64,000 bases of DNA from Macrostomum hystrix (taxonomy: Eukaryota; Animalia; Platyhelminthes), in contig CATNEN010000034.1 in NCBI GenBank assembly GCA_950097015.1, positions 6,448,001 through 6,512,000 on the forward strand. Direction: 5' to 3'. Under the pieces are notes generated by a model that saw only the letters and a program-made list of their open reading frames with translations, made no database searches and was not told the origin of the DNA. The position numbers and the translations under genes are program-made. How positions within the stretch are numbered: the first letter of the stretch is position 1; each line of letters starts with the position of its first letter. Below are positions 50,801-62,029 of this stretch, in pieces.

Positions 50801-53800
50801 ATCGAGGAGGCCTCTTTGTGCCCTTAGAAGGGTCAGGTTTTTTTAGTTCCATAGCCTAAAGGAGAGCCTTTGTTACCGAACACCCTTCAGAGAGTTTCCA
50901 CTGGAGCAAACAGTGCACGCAGGTAAGAAAGGAATTGCCAGCGACATAAAGGAAGGAAAGGGAAGTAAGCGAAGGCTGAGAGGGGAAAAAGAATGAGAAA
51001 AGGGGATACGGCAGGGTCTAGCTAGGTCTAGGCAGGGCAGGCAGACACAGGTCAGGCTTTTCGCAAGCCCTGCTCCTCAATATCCTATCTTAGGCAGCTT
51101 TTTTCCTGTCTGGGCAGCAGCAGCAGCATTTCCACTAATCCTGCTGAGCGACTGCCAAGATTGATAAGAATAATTGAAGGAAGCTGCACCGAACGAGGCG
51201 GTGCGGATATGAAAAAGAAAAGATAATTTCGCTTTAAGAGGCCATGCGATTTCGTAAGAGAAATCAAATCATCAATGCTTACGTGCTTAAGTGCAATAAA
51301 AGAACTAGGAAAACAAATAGTTTTAATCAAAGAAACTGGTTAAATCTACGGGTCAGGAAATTTAAAAGTAAATTGCGATTTCTTAAAAAATAATAATTTC
51401 TAAGGAAACTGGCACTTATAAACATGTCATTTCGAAGAAACCAGTTGAAACAAGGCATCGCTAAATTCTGAGAAATATGAACCCTCAAAAAGCAGAAGAA
51501 ACTTGTTCTGAATCAACACTAGTTCTCAGATGGTGTTCAAAGGAACTAGAAATTGAAAAAAAAATATTTTGAAGAAACTGCAGGATGTTTCTAAGAAATT
51601 TGATCGGTAAAACTATACAGCGAAGAATGACCTTAAAATTTTTGCGCAATAAATAGCTGTGTAGATGCTGCATTCATTCAGACCGAGAATATCATAAACT
51701 AACTGGCACAAAGATAGCTACATTTTACGACAAGGGTACAATTCAATTCTAAATTGTGTCTGCTAAGCAACACAATGCTTCTTTGCCTTTAAGACTAAAT
51801 CAAATCCTTGTACCGTTGAACAACGACTGAAGCAATAGAAGTAGGTTAAAAACGTAAAGTAAGAACTAGTAGTCCATGATAAATGGAAGCCTAAAAGTCT
51901 TAGTCCATTAGAAATTAAGGTCTATGAGTTTTTTTCTTAGCTAAGAGACATAAGATTAATTAAGGTCTAGACCCAGAAGTCCATGAAAGTTAAAAGTCTA
52001 GAACTAGAAGTCCATAGGAAATGAAAGCCGAAAACTAGAAGTCTGTGGGTAATGAAAGTCTAGAACTAGAACTCCATGAGAAATTAAAGTATAGAAATAG
52101 AAGTCCATGAGAAACTAAGGTCTAGAAGTCCATGAGAAATGAAACTCCAGAAAAAAGCAGCGCGGCAATTACCTGAAACAGGATGAAGATTAGGCCAAGC
52201 TCGTAGGCCACACTGAGGCAGAGGACGAAACGCCAGAAGGCCGGGTGCGGCCTTACAAACGGCCCATCTGGGGTATAAATCACTCCGTATAGCAGGAACA
52301 CCAGTACAACTGCCAGCACGCCGCGCTTTGTATTGTACTCGGTATTGTCACTGGGCACCTCGAAAGCTGTGACGTAGATCAGGGTGGCACAGAGCAACAC
52401 CAGACAGGTGATGGTGTGGGCCCGCCTGCGACAGAATGCCACAAAAACTAATGGATTATTGATTTTAACTGATAACAACTGCCCCTATTCGGGTCACATG
52501 TACAGCCGACAGCACAACCGCAGCTTTTATGCGGGATATCTGAAGGCTGTGTACGGCCTTTCAGTCCATGGACTGGGAGGACGCCACACCCATCCTTAAT
52601 TACCCCCAGCTAATTCTGGAACCCATTTAATAGATGGGTTAACTGAAGCAATGCAGAGTTAAGTGTCTCGCTAAATGATACCATTTGTTCCAGTGGAGAC
52701 GGGAATCGAAACTTCGACCTTCGTGAGTCCGACGCTCTAAACACTTTTATTGTTACGAGGGGCGTACTGAAAGTTTTGAGATACGTCTGACTTATAAGTT
52801 GCAGCTGCACGCCTTTTAATGTACATACTCTACCACCTTAAAAATGAATGAGAATAAATTTTCAGCCTTTGCGCTCTTGTCAATTTTTCACAATCACTCT
52901 TCAAAGTCAATACCCCCTACCAAGTTGTACTCGCTCCAATGGAGTTGACAAACCGCGACTTTCGTGCCATGATTGTTTACGACCAGCGTAAAGGTCTCAC
53001 GCAAGAGCAATGCGTTGAAAGTTTACGTGCTGCCTTTGGAGACCAAGCTCCTTCACGTGCCACCGTTTTTCGGTGGTACAGTGAATGCAAGTGGGGCCGG
53101 AGCAGCCTTGATGACGAGCCTCGGTCGGGACGTCCAGCTTCCGCTGTCACGGACGAAAACATCGCTGCCGTCCGGAGAATGATCGACGAAGACCGGCGAG
53201 TGACCTGTGCCGAGATCAGGGAGGCTCTTGGCATTGGATTGGCAGCGGTTACGACCATCCTACACGACAAGCTGGGAGCCTCCAAGCGATGTGCCCGATG
53301 GGTGCCCCACAACCTGACGGAGGACCAGAAAGCGGAGAGGGTGCGTTGGTGCAAATTCATGCTTGAAAAATTCGACTCTGGCACCTCGAAGCGATGCTGG
53401 GAGATTGTCACAGGTGATGAGACCTGGGTCTACCAGTACGACCCGGAAACTAAGCAGCAGTCGGCAATTTGGCTCCTTCCGGATGGTGCCACTCCAACGA
53501 AGGTCAAGCGGGCCCGCAGCGTCGGGAAGCAGATGGTGGCGACTTTCTTCAGCCAGGCTGGCCACCTGGCGACTGTAGCGCTCCAAGACAGGCGTACAGT
53601 CAATGCCGACTGGTACATCAACCAGTGCCTGCCGCTGGTGTTTGATGCGTGGCGCAGACGCCGGCCGCGCACCGGACTTCGTGGCCTGCTGCTGCACCAC
53701 GACAATGCCAGTGCGCACACGGCTGCTGCAACATTGGCATTTCTGACTGAGAATGGAGTCCAGCTGGTGACGCATCCTGCATATTCGCTGGACCTGGCAC

Positions 53801-54410
53801 CCTGCGACTTCTTTCTCTTCCCTTTGGTGAAGAACCAACTGCGCGGGACTCGGTTTGAGAGCCCTGAAGCAGCAAGAATCGAGTTCGAGCGGGTGGTTTC
53901 AGCAGTGCCTGAAGAACAGTGGGCTGGAGCCTGGACGCAGTGGTTTCACCGAATGAGGAAATGTGCACAAGCTGGTGGCAACTACTTTGAAAAATTGTGA
54001 CAGAAAATTTGATTCAGACACTTTTGGTTTTGGTGCATCTCAAAACTTTCAGTACACCCCTCGTATGGATTATATAGGATTACTATAAGCTATCGCATTG
54101 AATGGGTTATTAAAAAATGCTATAAAATCCTAGCTTCTTGTTTTAAAGAATCAATAGCCTGTATAAATTGCACAAGGAGTTCTCACCAGAAGAAGTTAAT
54201 AGATGCATCTTCATGAAACTGTTTGTTTTTATTCTTCTCCACCTCCCAGTCAGAGTAGTTGCTATAGGTGTTAATATGGCTAATTGCTTTGCTTGGCTTA
54301 GTTGAACCACATCCGTTGCTTTTTCCATTCCCAACATGATGGTCTAAGGTGGTCTCTGAATTGTTGTTATTCATGCTGGGATTGTCTGAAATCGAAGAGT
54401 TTGTCATCAC
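44808..54410 (-). CDS. PTDSS2: Phosphatidylserine synthase 2 (base-exchange PSS family), 467 aa
   Basis: Exons (minus): 54410-54187, 52425-52173, 49925-49626, 49311-49193, 48395-48135, 45054-44808. Total 1404 nt, all GT-AG and in phase. Motifs [58 protein letters not shown] and AEINTFYLK are PSS2-type. Confidence 0.95.
45169..47958 (+). mobile_element. Internally deleted LOA-like non-LTR retrotransposon (5' UTR, DUF4780-like ORF1, RNase H, C-terminal Cys/His motif; no endonuclease or RT)
   Basis: TSD (AG)ACAGACAGCAC at 45156-45168 and 47957-47969; 3' (TTAAG)n tail. ORF1 remnant 46129-47022. Open RNase H frame 46905-47417 ([48 protein letters not shown]). Frameshifted [19 protein letters not shown] at about 47570-47680. 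Confidence 0.88.
47959..48134. repeat. CAGA/CCCAGCA minisatellite, continued at 45088-45168 on the other side of the retroelement
   Basis: Starts at intron position +1 of PTDSS2 (GTGAGTCTGTCTGT) and is split by the insertion. Confidence 0.9.
48710..49030. repeat. Degenerate 21-bp array TTTTCCGGGATTTTAGTCCAC
   Basis: PTDSS2 intron 49192-48396. Explains ORF 48709..48954. Confidence 0.8.
50023..50448. repeat. About 60-bp tandem repeat, 7 copies, two CCAAT boxes per unit
   Basis: Unit GCAAAGCTTCTAACCAATAGGAGCTGAGCTACTCTTTTCATTCAAACCAATTAGAGATCA starts at 50023, 50083 and onward. Confidence 0.9.
52470..52750 (-). mobile_element. tRNA-derived SINE, group B-related
   Basis: Minus strand GTTTAGAGCGTCGGACTC...TTCGATTCCCG head and central TTAGCGAGACACTTAACTCTGCATTGCTTCAG...AAATGGGT...GCTGGGGGTAATT block shared with 56100-56620. 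Confidence 0.65.
52756..54063 (+). mobile_element. Intact mariner (1308 bp) in PTDSS2 intron 1
   Basis: 27-bp TIRs CGAGGGG(C/T)GTACTGAAAGTTTTGAGAT with one mismatch. TA duplications at 52754-52755 and 54064-54065. Confidence 0.96.
52939..54000 (+). CDS. Mariner DD34D transposase, 353 aa
   Basis: Uninterrupted ORF with [21 protein letters not shown] and [14 protein letters not shown]. Exactly 34 residues between the second and third catalytic Asp. Confidence 0.96.
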   Translation: MELTNRDFRAMIVYDQRKGLTQEQCVESLRAAFGDQAPSRATVFRWYSECKWGRSSLDDEPRSGRPASAVTDENIAAVRRMIDEDRRVTCAEIREALGIGLAAVTTILHDKLGASKRCARWVPHNLTEDQKAERVRWCKFMLEKFDSGTSKRCWEIVTGDETWVYQYDPETKQQSAIWLLPDGATPTKVKRARSVGKQMVATFFSQAGHLATVALQDRRTVNADWYINQCLPLVFDAWRRRRPRTGLRGLLLHHDNASAHTAAATLAFLTENGVQLVTHPAYSLDLAPCDFFLFPLVKNQLRGTRFESPEAARIEFERVVSAVPEEQWAGAWTQWFHRMRKCAQAGGNYFEKL

Positions 54411-56099
54411 AAATCACTACTAAAACAATGTCAAGTTATGTAAACATATACACTGAATGAATACCATTAAAAGTTGAAGTAAATTAAAAATTGCTAATAA
54501 ATGTAAATGAACTAGATTATTTAACATGCTTAATTAATGCACTTAGTAATGGATGTACATGTAATCTCCATGTGGAAATGTAGCTGTTTACTAAAGATTG
54601 AACAAAGAACTAACCTGTATAATTCAGCAGGCATTAATTTTATTATGTTTATTGCTATATTGGATAGACCGTACCTTGGCTATCACTCAGCTAGCAATAT
54701 ATTTCTGTTATGTTAACTATAATGTAAAACAGTTCTAATCTAAGCAAAGCCAACTATAGAATATTATGAACACCTCTCCTAGGTAATATCTAACTATATA
54801 AGCATACGTTAGCCAAACTTTTTCTAATACTTGTCTTTGATGTTTAACAGAAATGATTTTTTGACAACTTATCAAAACAATAAACAGTATGATTTGAACT
54901 TTAAAGAATTTGGTGAAATTTTAAGTTTATTAGGGTAATTTATCATCAACCGAACAGTATATCTTCAAAACCAAACAAGAATTTTGACTCCTTCCTTGGT
55001 CTTGTGCAAGACAGAAACAAGCTATTGTATTTCACAGAACAACTATTTTGAATGTCAATGAAATTATTTACAAGCTAAGGCATGACATGCAATGAAGCAT
55101 TAAAAGGAAAGAAAGATATGGAAGTTTCAGTAGAATTTTTTATCACAAAAGCATACTTTTTGACAGCATTTTTTCAGCATGTACTTTAGACTAAGATTGT
55201 ATGTGGTTGCTTTCCAATTAAATTACCATAAATGTAGTTATTTATAGAGCATGAAAAATGCTTTCAAATGACATAATTCATGATAGATTACTCCTTAAAA
55301 TTAGATTAAACCACTCACTCAAATTTTAAAACCAAACATCAAATTCTCTGTTTGGTTTGAAGATACATGAAAATCATCATTTGGTTTTAGATGAAAAACA
55401 TGAATAACATTTTTCTTGCAATTTGACAAAATTGCAAAAGCAGATACTATTTAGAAAGACAAAACAGTTTTCTATAACTTGGCTTTTGATTTATCATGAT
55501 ATCTTAAATAGAAAATCTGTAGCTTAGGTTTGAAGTTAAAAAAATGCATATTCTTGTTCGGTTGATGATACATTACCCGAATGAAAATATTCTGCTAAAA
55601 TACTTAAACTAGGCCCTAAGAAAAACAATAAGTAAAGCTTTATATATTTTAGTGAGAGTCAGACGTTGTCAGAGTCTAGTGGAACTTCATCTGCTTGGGT
55701 AGATACACACTCTGTCCTATAGCTAAGTCAAGTAAATCTTTGAAATTTTAGACAATCAGATGGTAATCAAAAACATAATACCTCTGAAAAAGAATACTAA
55801 GTGGCTATGAAGTCAAGGAACCTCTGACTAGTGACCAAGGGAAAATTTTATATATTGTCATATTTTGGCCGATTGCAACAAACAAATTAAGCAAGCAAGA
55901 AAAGTTTGTTAATGTTATTTAGTAGTCCTAGGTTTAAGTAAGCATATGTAGATAGCATGGGGAAGTATGCCAGCCAGGTGGTGAGAGTTCACACCCAGCT
56001 TAGCCGCTAGGCTGGCTAGGTACACTGACCTCCCAGCTAAACATAGGCCAGGTCGGTTGGTGCATGTTCACTAGTCTGGCCGCCCCAATATTACAATTA

Positions 56100-56620
56100 T
56101 AGTGGAGAGGCTGTAGCCTTGTTGTTAGAGCTTTTAGACTCAAATAAAAGGTTGGGGGTTCAATTCTTTAGAACAATTGGTGTCATTTAGAAAGACATTT
56201 AACTTAGCATTGCTTCATTGGTACCAACATTTGCTGGGGTAATTGAGGGTAGGTGTCATACATGCGCAACACCCGGCCGACCCGGCCGAACCGGCCGGGT
56301 GAAACAAGGGCCAAGCAAGGTAAGTCGCAAAAACCAATCGACCAAGCGCAAAAAAATCAAAGGGGGGACCAAGGGACAAAAAAGGAAGGCGTGAAGAAAA
56401 GGAAAAAGGGGAGAGAAAAAGAGAGCAAATGAGAGCAAACTAAGTCGTAAATAGAGCAATGAAATGAACTAAGTCGCAAATGAGAGCAAAAACTAAGTCG
56501 CACGGCCGGCTAAGATTTGGGAGGTTGCGCATGTATGGTAGGTGTGGCATCCCCCAAGACTGAACAGCTATAGGCCTATACAGGCGCAGCATTCAGATTT
56601 GCCATGCTATAGCTGTGGCT
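56100..56620 (+). mobile_element. Degenerate group B-related SINE interrupted by a MITE
   Basis: Head remnant GTTAGAGC..GGTTCAATTC and block GACATTTAACTTAGCATTGCTTCA..GCTGGGGTAATTGAGGGTAGGTGT|GGCATCC match the 52470-52750 element once the MITE is removed. Confidence 0.55.
56257..56537. mobile_element. hAT-like MITE, 281 bp
   Basis: Perfect 14-bp TIR CATACATGCGCAAC / GTTGCGCATGTATG and perfect 8-bp TSD GTAGGTGT (56249-56256; 56538-56545). No coding capacity. Confidence 0.9.
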
Positions 56621-57521
56621 GTGCTGTCAGCTATATATTTGGCCTAATTGGGGCAGGTGTAATCAATTTATTATTATTCTTATTTTAACTCTAAATAGAA
56701 ATGTTTTTGTTATAAACAAAGCATTAAATTACGTAGGTTAGTACTATGAGCAATACTTCTTTTCAGCTATCTCTCTGTGGTAGCATCTATTTATTCTGGC
56801 CTTAAACTTTGCTGAATAGGGCCTAACTAAAGTCTACAATTTAGTGGTAGGCCTAGGCCTAGTCCGTAGTCCTATATTTTGATTTGCAGGTCTCAAAAAT
56901 CGAAAAAGACAAATCAACCAGCTTGTTTTGTGCTGAGCTGAAATTACTGAAGAGCTGTACACAGCAACTTGGTAAACTGCGAATTATCCTTCAGCTGTAA
57001 CCAGAAGGCTAACAACAATGCTAAAGGCAATTCTACTCATTTGCACATTTACAGCTCCAAAGTTTTATTCAGGTTGCTTTGAAATGAGACAATAAAAATA
57101 TTTATAACTGAATGATTGCTTGCAAATATCAGCAAATAAGAACAAAAGTAAAGCTCAACAACAATGCAAAAACAGAAACCTTAAAGAAACACATAAATTA
57201 TACTAGGCCTAGATTTAGTTTAATTTCTTGAATTTACGAACAGCACTTCGCCTGAGAGCTGCTTCTTGCAGGCTCCGCATCTTATCACGACACCAGTGGT
57301 GCAATCGCAAGCGAGCAAACGCAGAGAAAACACTGTTATGCACCTCAGCATAATGCACACTGCTTTATTTTAGTATCTATGGTATGTATATTGGGGAAAC
57401 AAGTGTTACAATTGATTTGAGCAATTTGAGTTGATTTGAGTTTGATTTGAAATGTATTGTATCACAGTGACAGAACCAATAAGAATAACAAAATATGCGT
57501 ACACTACAAACGAGTATAACT

Positions 57522-57592
57522 TGCGCCGACAGTTTCACCGACAGTTTCCACCGACAGTTTCACCGACAGTTTCCACCGACAGTTTCCACCGA
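57522..57592. repeat. Short 12-13-bp array CCGACAGTTTC(C)A, about 5 copies
   Basis: Directly visible. Confidence 0.8.
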
Positions 57593-58709
57593 AAGTTTTC
57601 CGAAGGCCCTACTCGTTATTTCATATTGAAATCGGAGGAAAATTTACACGTACTTCTGCCCTCTTCGCCACCAGGTGAACAGCTGCGATTTCAGTTAAGT
57701 TAACGTTAACAGTTTTTAAACATTGTTCGGTGACCAGGGCAGGGTAGGCAACTTCACACCTTTAGAATGATTTATTATCTAGGCCTAGCTAGCTAATAAT
57801 AGTTATATTAGATATACCAAAGACAGAGGACCAAAACTTTTATGTTGAATGCATTGCAAGTTGCAGGACTATAGTTTCTAATTCTGCAGCCACATGAAAA
57901 ATGCTACCTTTGAGACTAGGGCCTAGCTATTGGCCTATTTTATTTAATTATGATATGCAATAGGGACCCAACCCTAGCTTGATTAAGAGTTCAATTTGAG
58001 ACAAATACAATGCAATTGAACTCCGAAAAACTAAATTCCATGGCTTTTTGTGGTTATAATTAATTAAATCTAATCTAATATAATTTCATAACTATAGCTC
58101 ATTTGATTATTTGTTTTATTCTTCTCATTTGTTAGAAAAAGAAATTTTGATGTTAAAATTAGGCCTACTAGGCCTAGTCAACCATTTTGATTTTTATTTC
58201 AAACTTAAAAGTTCATTTTGAATAATCACTTGTATAGGCCTAATATAGGCCTAATGCAAGGTATAAATCGAAATATAATGCCCTGGATGCTAGTTATATT
58301 AGCTAGGGCCTAGCTATCCATCTACACATTAAATAAACAGATTGAATAAATGGAATTATAAATTCTGTTTGAATAAACTGATTTCATGCCTTAAAACACA
58401 TAGCTACTTATAGGCCTAACAAGTTTTTGTGATAATTTAAAACTAACTTTTAGTAATTTTGGGGTCATACAGGGCTCAAATAAATTATATTAAAATATAT
58501 ATTTGCATATTGAATAGTGGCCTATTTGAGCAATTAGGGGGGCCTACAACTAGGAAAATATTTTAACAATCTTTCAGCAAGTTAGTAAATTGATTGTAGG
58601 TGAAGGCAATGTCCTAGTTTTCTACATTCAATTATTTTGAGTTTAAAAACAGAAAATTCAAAGTAAAACAAGTCAGCCCATGGTAGTGAGTAGTCACATT
58701 TCTGTAGGC

Positions 58710-58947
58710 CTATAAAATGCCATAATAATGGGCTACCCAGTAGAAAAAGTTGCCGAAGGTCTTCTCTGGATAGATGCGTTGCCAGAGGTACTTGCTAAGG
58801 TGTGACTTGAACAGGCTATTGCTAGTGCCATGCATGCACCTGAACTTTGCCTTGACATGTGCCCAGATTCCCTCAATGGTGTTGGTGTGCAGGGTTGGGT
58901 TGTTTAGGTCAACAAAGTGAAGGTTGTTGTTCAGTCATGTCAGATGT
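58710..58947 (-). pseudogene. C-terminal remnant of a Merlin / IS1595 (ISXO2-like) transposase
   Basis: Minus-strand translation NLHFVDLNNPTLHTNTIEGIWAHVKAKFRCMHGTSNSLFKSHLSKYLWQRIYPEKTFGNFFYWVAHYYGIL* carries the FVD..HTNTIEG.W..K signature. No ATG, so it is absent from the ORF track. Confidence 0.8.
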
Positions 58948-59552
58948 GATGAAATTAAAAAATTTCAGGTCAAAAAAATTTAATGCTGGAAACTAGGACA
59001 TTGCCTAAGTAAATAATTCTCTAAAAATTAGTAAGTAGCTCAATCTTGTACTATGTAATTTTTTGTATTGCTTTTAAAAATGTTGGATTTTCTTATTTTT
59101 TCTTACATTTTTAGACAAGGCTAAACAAATAATCATTTGTTAATTACTATACAATGCATTATTTTAAAGAAAGATTATTTTAACCCTATAGTTCATAAAA
59201 ATAATTTTATATAAAGCAAGTTATTTTAGTTTTTTAAAGCTGCACAATCTTGTTTTGTATTGTTACAAATCTTTTCATAGCCTAAAGCAATGCTTAAATA
59301 GCAAGATGTAATGAATCTATTAAAAATACTTAGTTAAATGTTTATTGAAGCAGGCTAGAAAAAGCAGGCATTGATGAGCATACATTTATATATGAATGAT
59401 ATCACTGCTATGCATGGAACTCCTAGAAAAATGTCTACAATTGAATGAAATTAATGATAGTAAAATTACTTAAATATTTAAAATAAGTGCTTAAGTGTAC
59501 ATAAATTGAGTAATGCCCCACTAACACTGCAGCCTTGCTTAACTGACAACTA

Positions 59553-60648
59553 ATGCGAGCCAAGAAGGTCAAACGGGTCCGCCGCATTCTGGATGCCTGC
59601 GCCCAGACTGTCGGCTTGGCTGACCCCATCCCTGTGCTGATTGACAGCAGCTTCGCCAAAATGGCTCTTCGACATCGAGTGAACATGAGCGACCAGCTGC
59701 ACCGCCTGCTGGATGGCTGGAACTTGGCCCTGTGCACAACTCGCTGCGTGCTGAAGGAGTGCCAACTACTCGGGCCCATCATGGCTGGCACGTTTAAGGT
59801 ACCTCCTTGTTTACCGATTCACGGATTGCGGATTGGTGGCATTGTTAGACAGTTCTCTGCGAAGGGGATTTAGGGACATTGTTAGACAGTTCTCTGGGAA
59901 AGGGATTAGGGACATTGTGATTGAGGATTGAGGGACATTATGAACCAGTACTCTGGGAAGTGAGAAAGGAGTATAGTAGGGCTTGAGAGGCGCAGATTCT
60001 GTTAACTGGCTCAAACCTGCCCAGGTGTTGTCCTGTTTGGAGCTGCACCCCTGCCATCACAAGCGGCCAACAACCGCTGTGCGCTGCCTCGCCAGAGCCC
60101 TACTGCCCGCTCTGGCTCCGCCGTCGCATGCCGTCGCCTCCTCCGACGGCGCGCCGGTGGCTCCGCCCTCGGACCCGACCTGGCGGCCGCTGCTGGCCTC
60201 CAACTCCAAACCGCTGCGCTCCGTGGCCCACCGCCTCACCGGCCTGCCCTGCCTGCTGCTTGAGCACGGCCAGCCCTTGCTCACCGGCCTGCCCGCTGGC
60301 ACGCGCCGACTCCTGGCCGATCGGCGCCTGCGCGGCCTTCGAGCCGAGGCGCACGACGCGGCCGAAGCCGCCGCAGCGGCGACTTCAGCCGACACTTTAA
60401 AACAGAAACGACGAAAGCGGCAGCGCGGCGCCAATCCGCTGTCCTGCTTGCCGGCCAAGAAGCGACCCGCTGCGGCGAAGCTGGACGGCGGGCACCCGCA
60501 GGTGGTCAACGGTGACTGCATCCGGCGACGCCGACGAGGCTGCCGGGCCGGCTGGAGGCGCAGGCCGTGGCACGTGCGGCAGTTCTGCATCGACGCTCTG
60601 CTGGCGGCCCGAGCGGCCCATGGAAATCTGCCGCCTGGCCTTGCGTGA
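59553..60648 (+). CDS. UTP23: rRNA-processing protein UTP23 (PIN-like domain, SSU processome), 289 aa
   Basis: Exons 59553-59798 and 60025-60648 (GT-AG, phase 0). Motifs PVLIDSSF, LCTTRCVLKE, LHPCHH and C-terminal KRRKRQRGANPLSCL. Confidence 0.9.
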
Positions 60649-61051
60649 CACTTTCCCTACCAGCCACTACTGACAGTAGGCTCATACGCATACTATTCGC
60701 TTGTCTGTAAATATGCAGAAAAATCTACGTCAGTCCTACAAAACTAGTTCCATTGTCACTTTTGGTGCTGCCAGTCTTATATTTATTTATTTGTTATATT
60801 TGTTATATTTCTTTTTTTATTTGCTTTTGACTTTATAAAAGTATGGAACGAAAGCATGATTAGGACACTTATGAATTGCTTTGGATTATTGTTTGTCAAT
60901 ATACAAATACATTGTGGCGAAGATGCTTCAATATCCGTTAATTTGATTTGAATTCTCAAAAGCAAACTAGACTAACTAAAGCAGCGAAGTCGGCTGCGAA
61001 TGACTCTGTCATCAGCTATTCCCACCCGGACCTTGCAGCTCCATCTCACTC

Positions 61052-61739
61052 ATGGAGATCGACGACGATCTGGGAGTTGTCAGCGGTGACACTGGCGGCT
61101 GTGGCGGCAGCCAGCTGGAGGAGATCCCGGAGGAGATCCGGGCTAACCTGCTGCGCCTGGTTGGCGCCGTTGACGAAGTTGAAGCCGCCTTCGAGGCCGT
61201 CATGCGGCAGCCGTACGAGGAGCGCACGGCGGGTCTGTCGCCACTGGAGAAGGCCAAGCTGGACCTGACCTTCCTGTACGGCATGAACGCGCTGTTCTGG
61301 GTCTACCTGCGCTGCCAGGTAAACTGGGGAAATTATTGTTTAAATCCTAGGGGCTTTCACCCAGCTGTTAGGTGGGTACCACCATCATCCCCAGTCTATG
61401 GACTAAACAGTTGTACACAGTTTTGTTCACAGCCAGTGTGCTGCGCCACTGGCTGTACACCTGACACCGAGAATTGCCTATGCGAACCCGCAGGGCCAGG
61501 ACCCGGCCCAGCACAGCGTCCGCTCCGAGCTGGACCGGGTGGTCGGCCCGATGCGCCGGGTGCAGGCCGAGGCTGACAAGGCCCGCCAGCCGCGCCTCAA
61601 CGTCGATGCGGCGCGCCGCTTTGTCAAAGCCGGCCTGTGGCGCGCCGCTCACGACAAGGCCAGGCAGAGGCGTTTAGAGCGGCAGCGCGAGTCCGACGCC
61701 GCGGTTGACAACCTAGATGAGGGCGGGGGTGAAGATTGA
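61052..61739 (+). CDS. C1D: Nuclear exosome cofactor C1D / Rrp47 (Sas10/Utp3/C1D family), 170 aa
   Basis: Exons 61052-61318 and 61494-61739 (GT-AG, phase 0). Motifs LSPLEKAKLDL, MNALFWVYL..QG.DP..H.V..EL.RV...M.RV and LNVDAARRFVKAGLW. AATAAA at 61795 and 61851. Confidence 0.92.
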
Positions 61740-62029
61740 CAGCTGCGTAGATTGAATCTTGGCGTTGGTGTCTTCATGGGCACCTTTTTGTACAAATAAA
61801 TACATGCTCACATTGCAGTGAATTTTTTAATAGAATTCGCGGTGGCTTTCAATAAAATGAGGAGACTTCAATAGCAAGTTTTTCACTCTATCGCAGAAAA
61901 TAATTGATTACAACTGCTCCTATTGGCCCATGTGCAGCCGACAACACAGCCACAGCTATTGCGCGGTGCAGCTGAACGCTGCGCTCGATTGTTCACTCCA
62001 TGGACTAGAGGGACTATTCGTCCACACTC

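Noticed and set aside
53260-53968. Antisense ORFs over the mariner, RIM, UTP23 and receptor exons
   Set aside because: They are shadow frames of GC-rich coding sequence with no recognisable motifs.
54183-54410. ORF 54183..54410 as a separate small gene
   Set aside because: It splices in phase (FW|RAHT) to 52425 and is exon 1 of PTDSS2.
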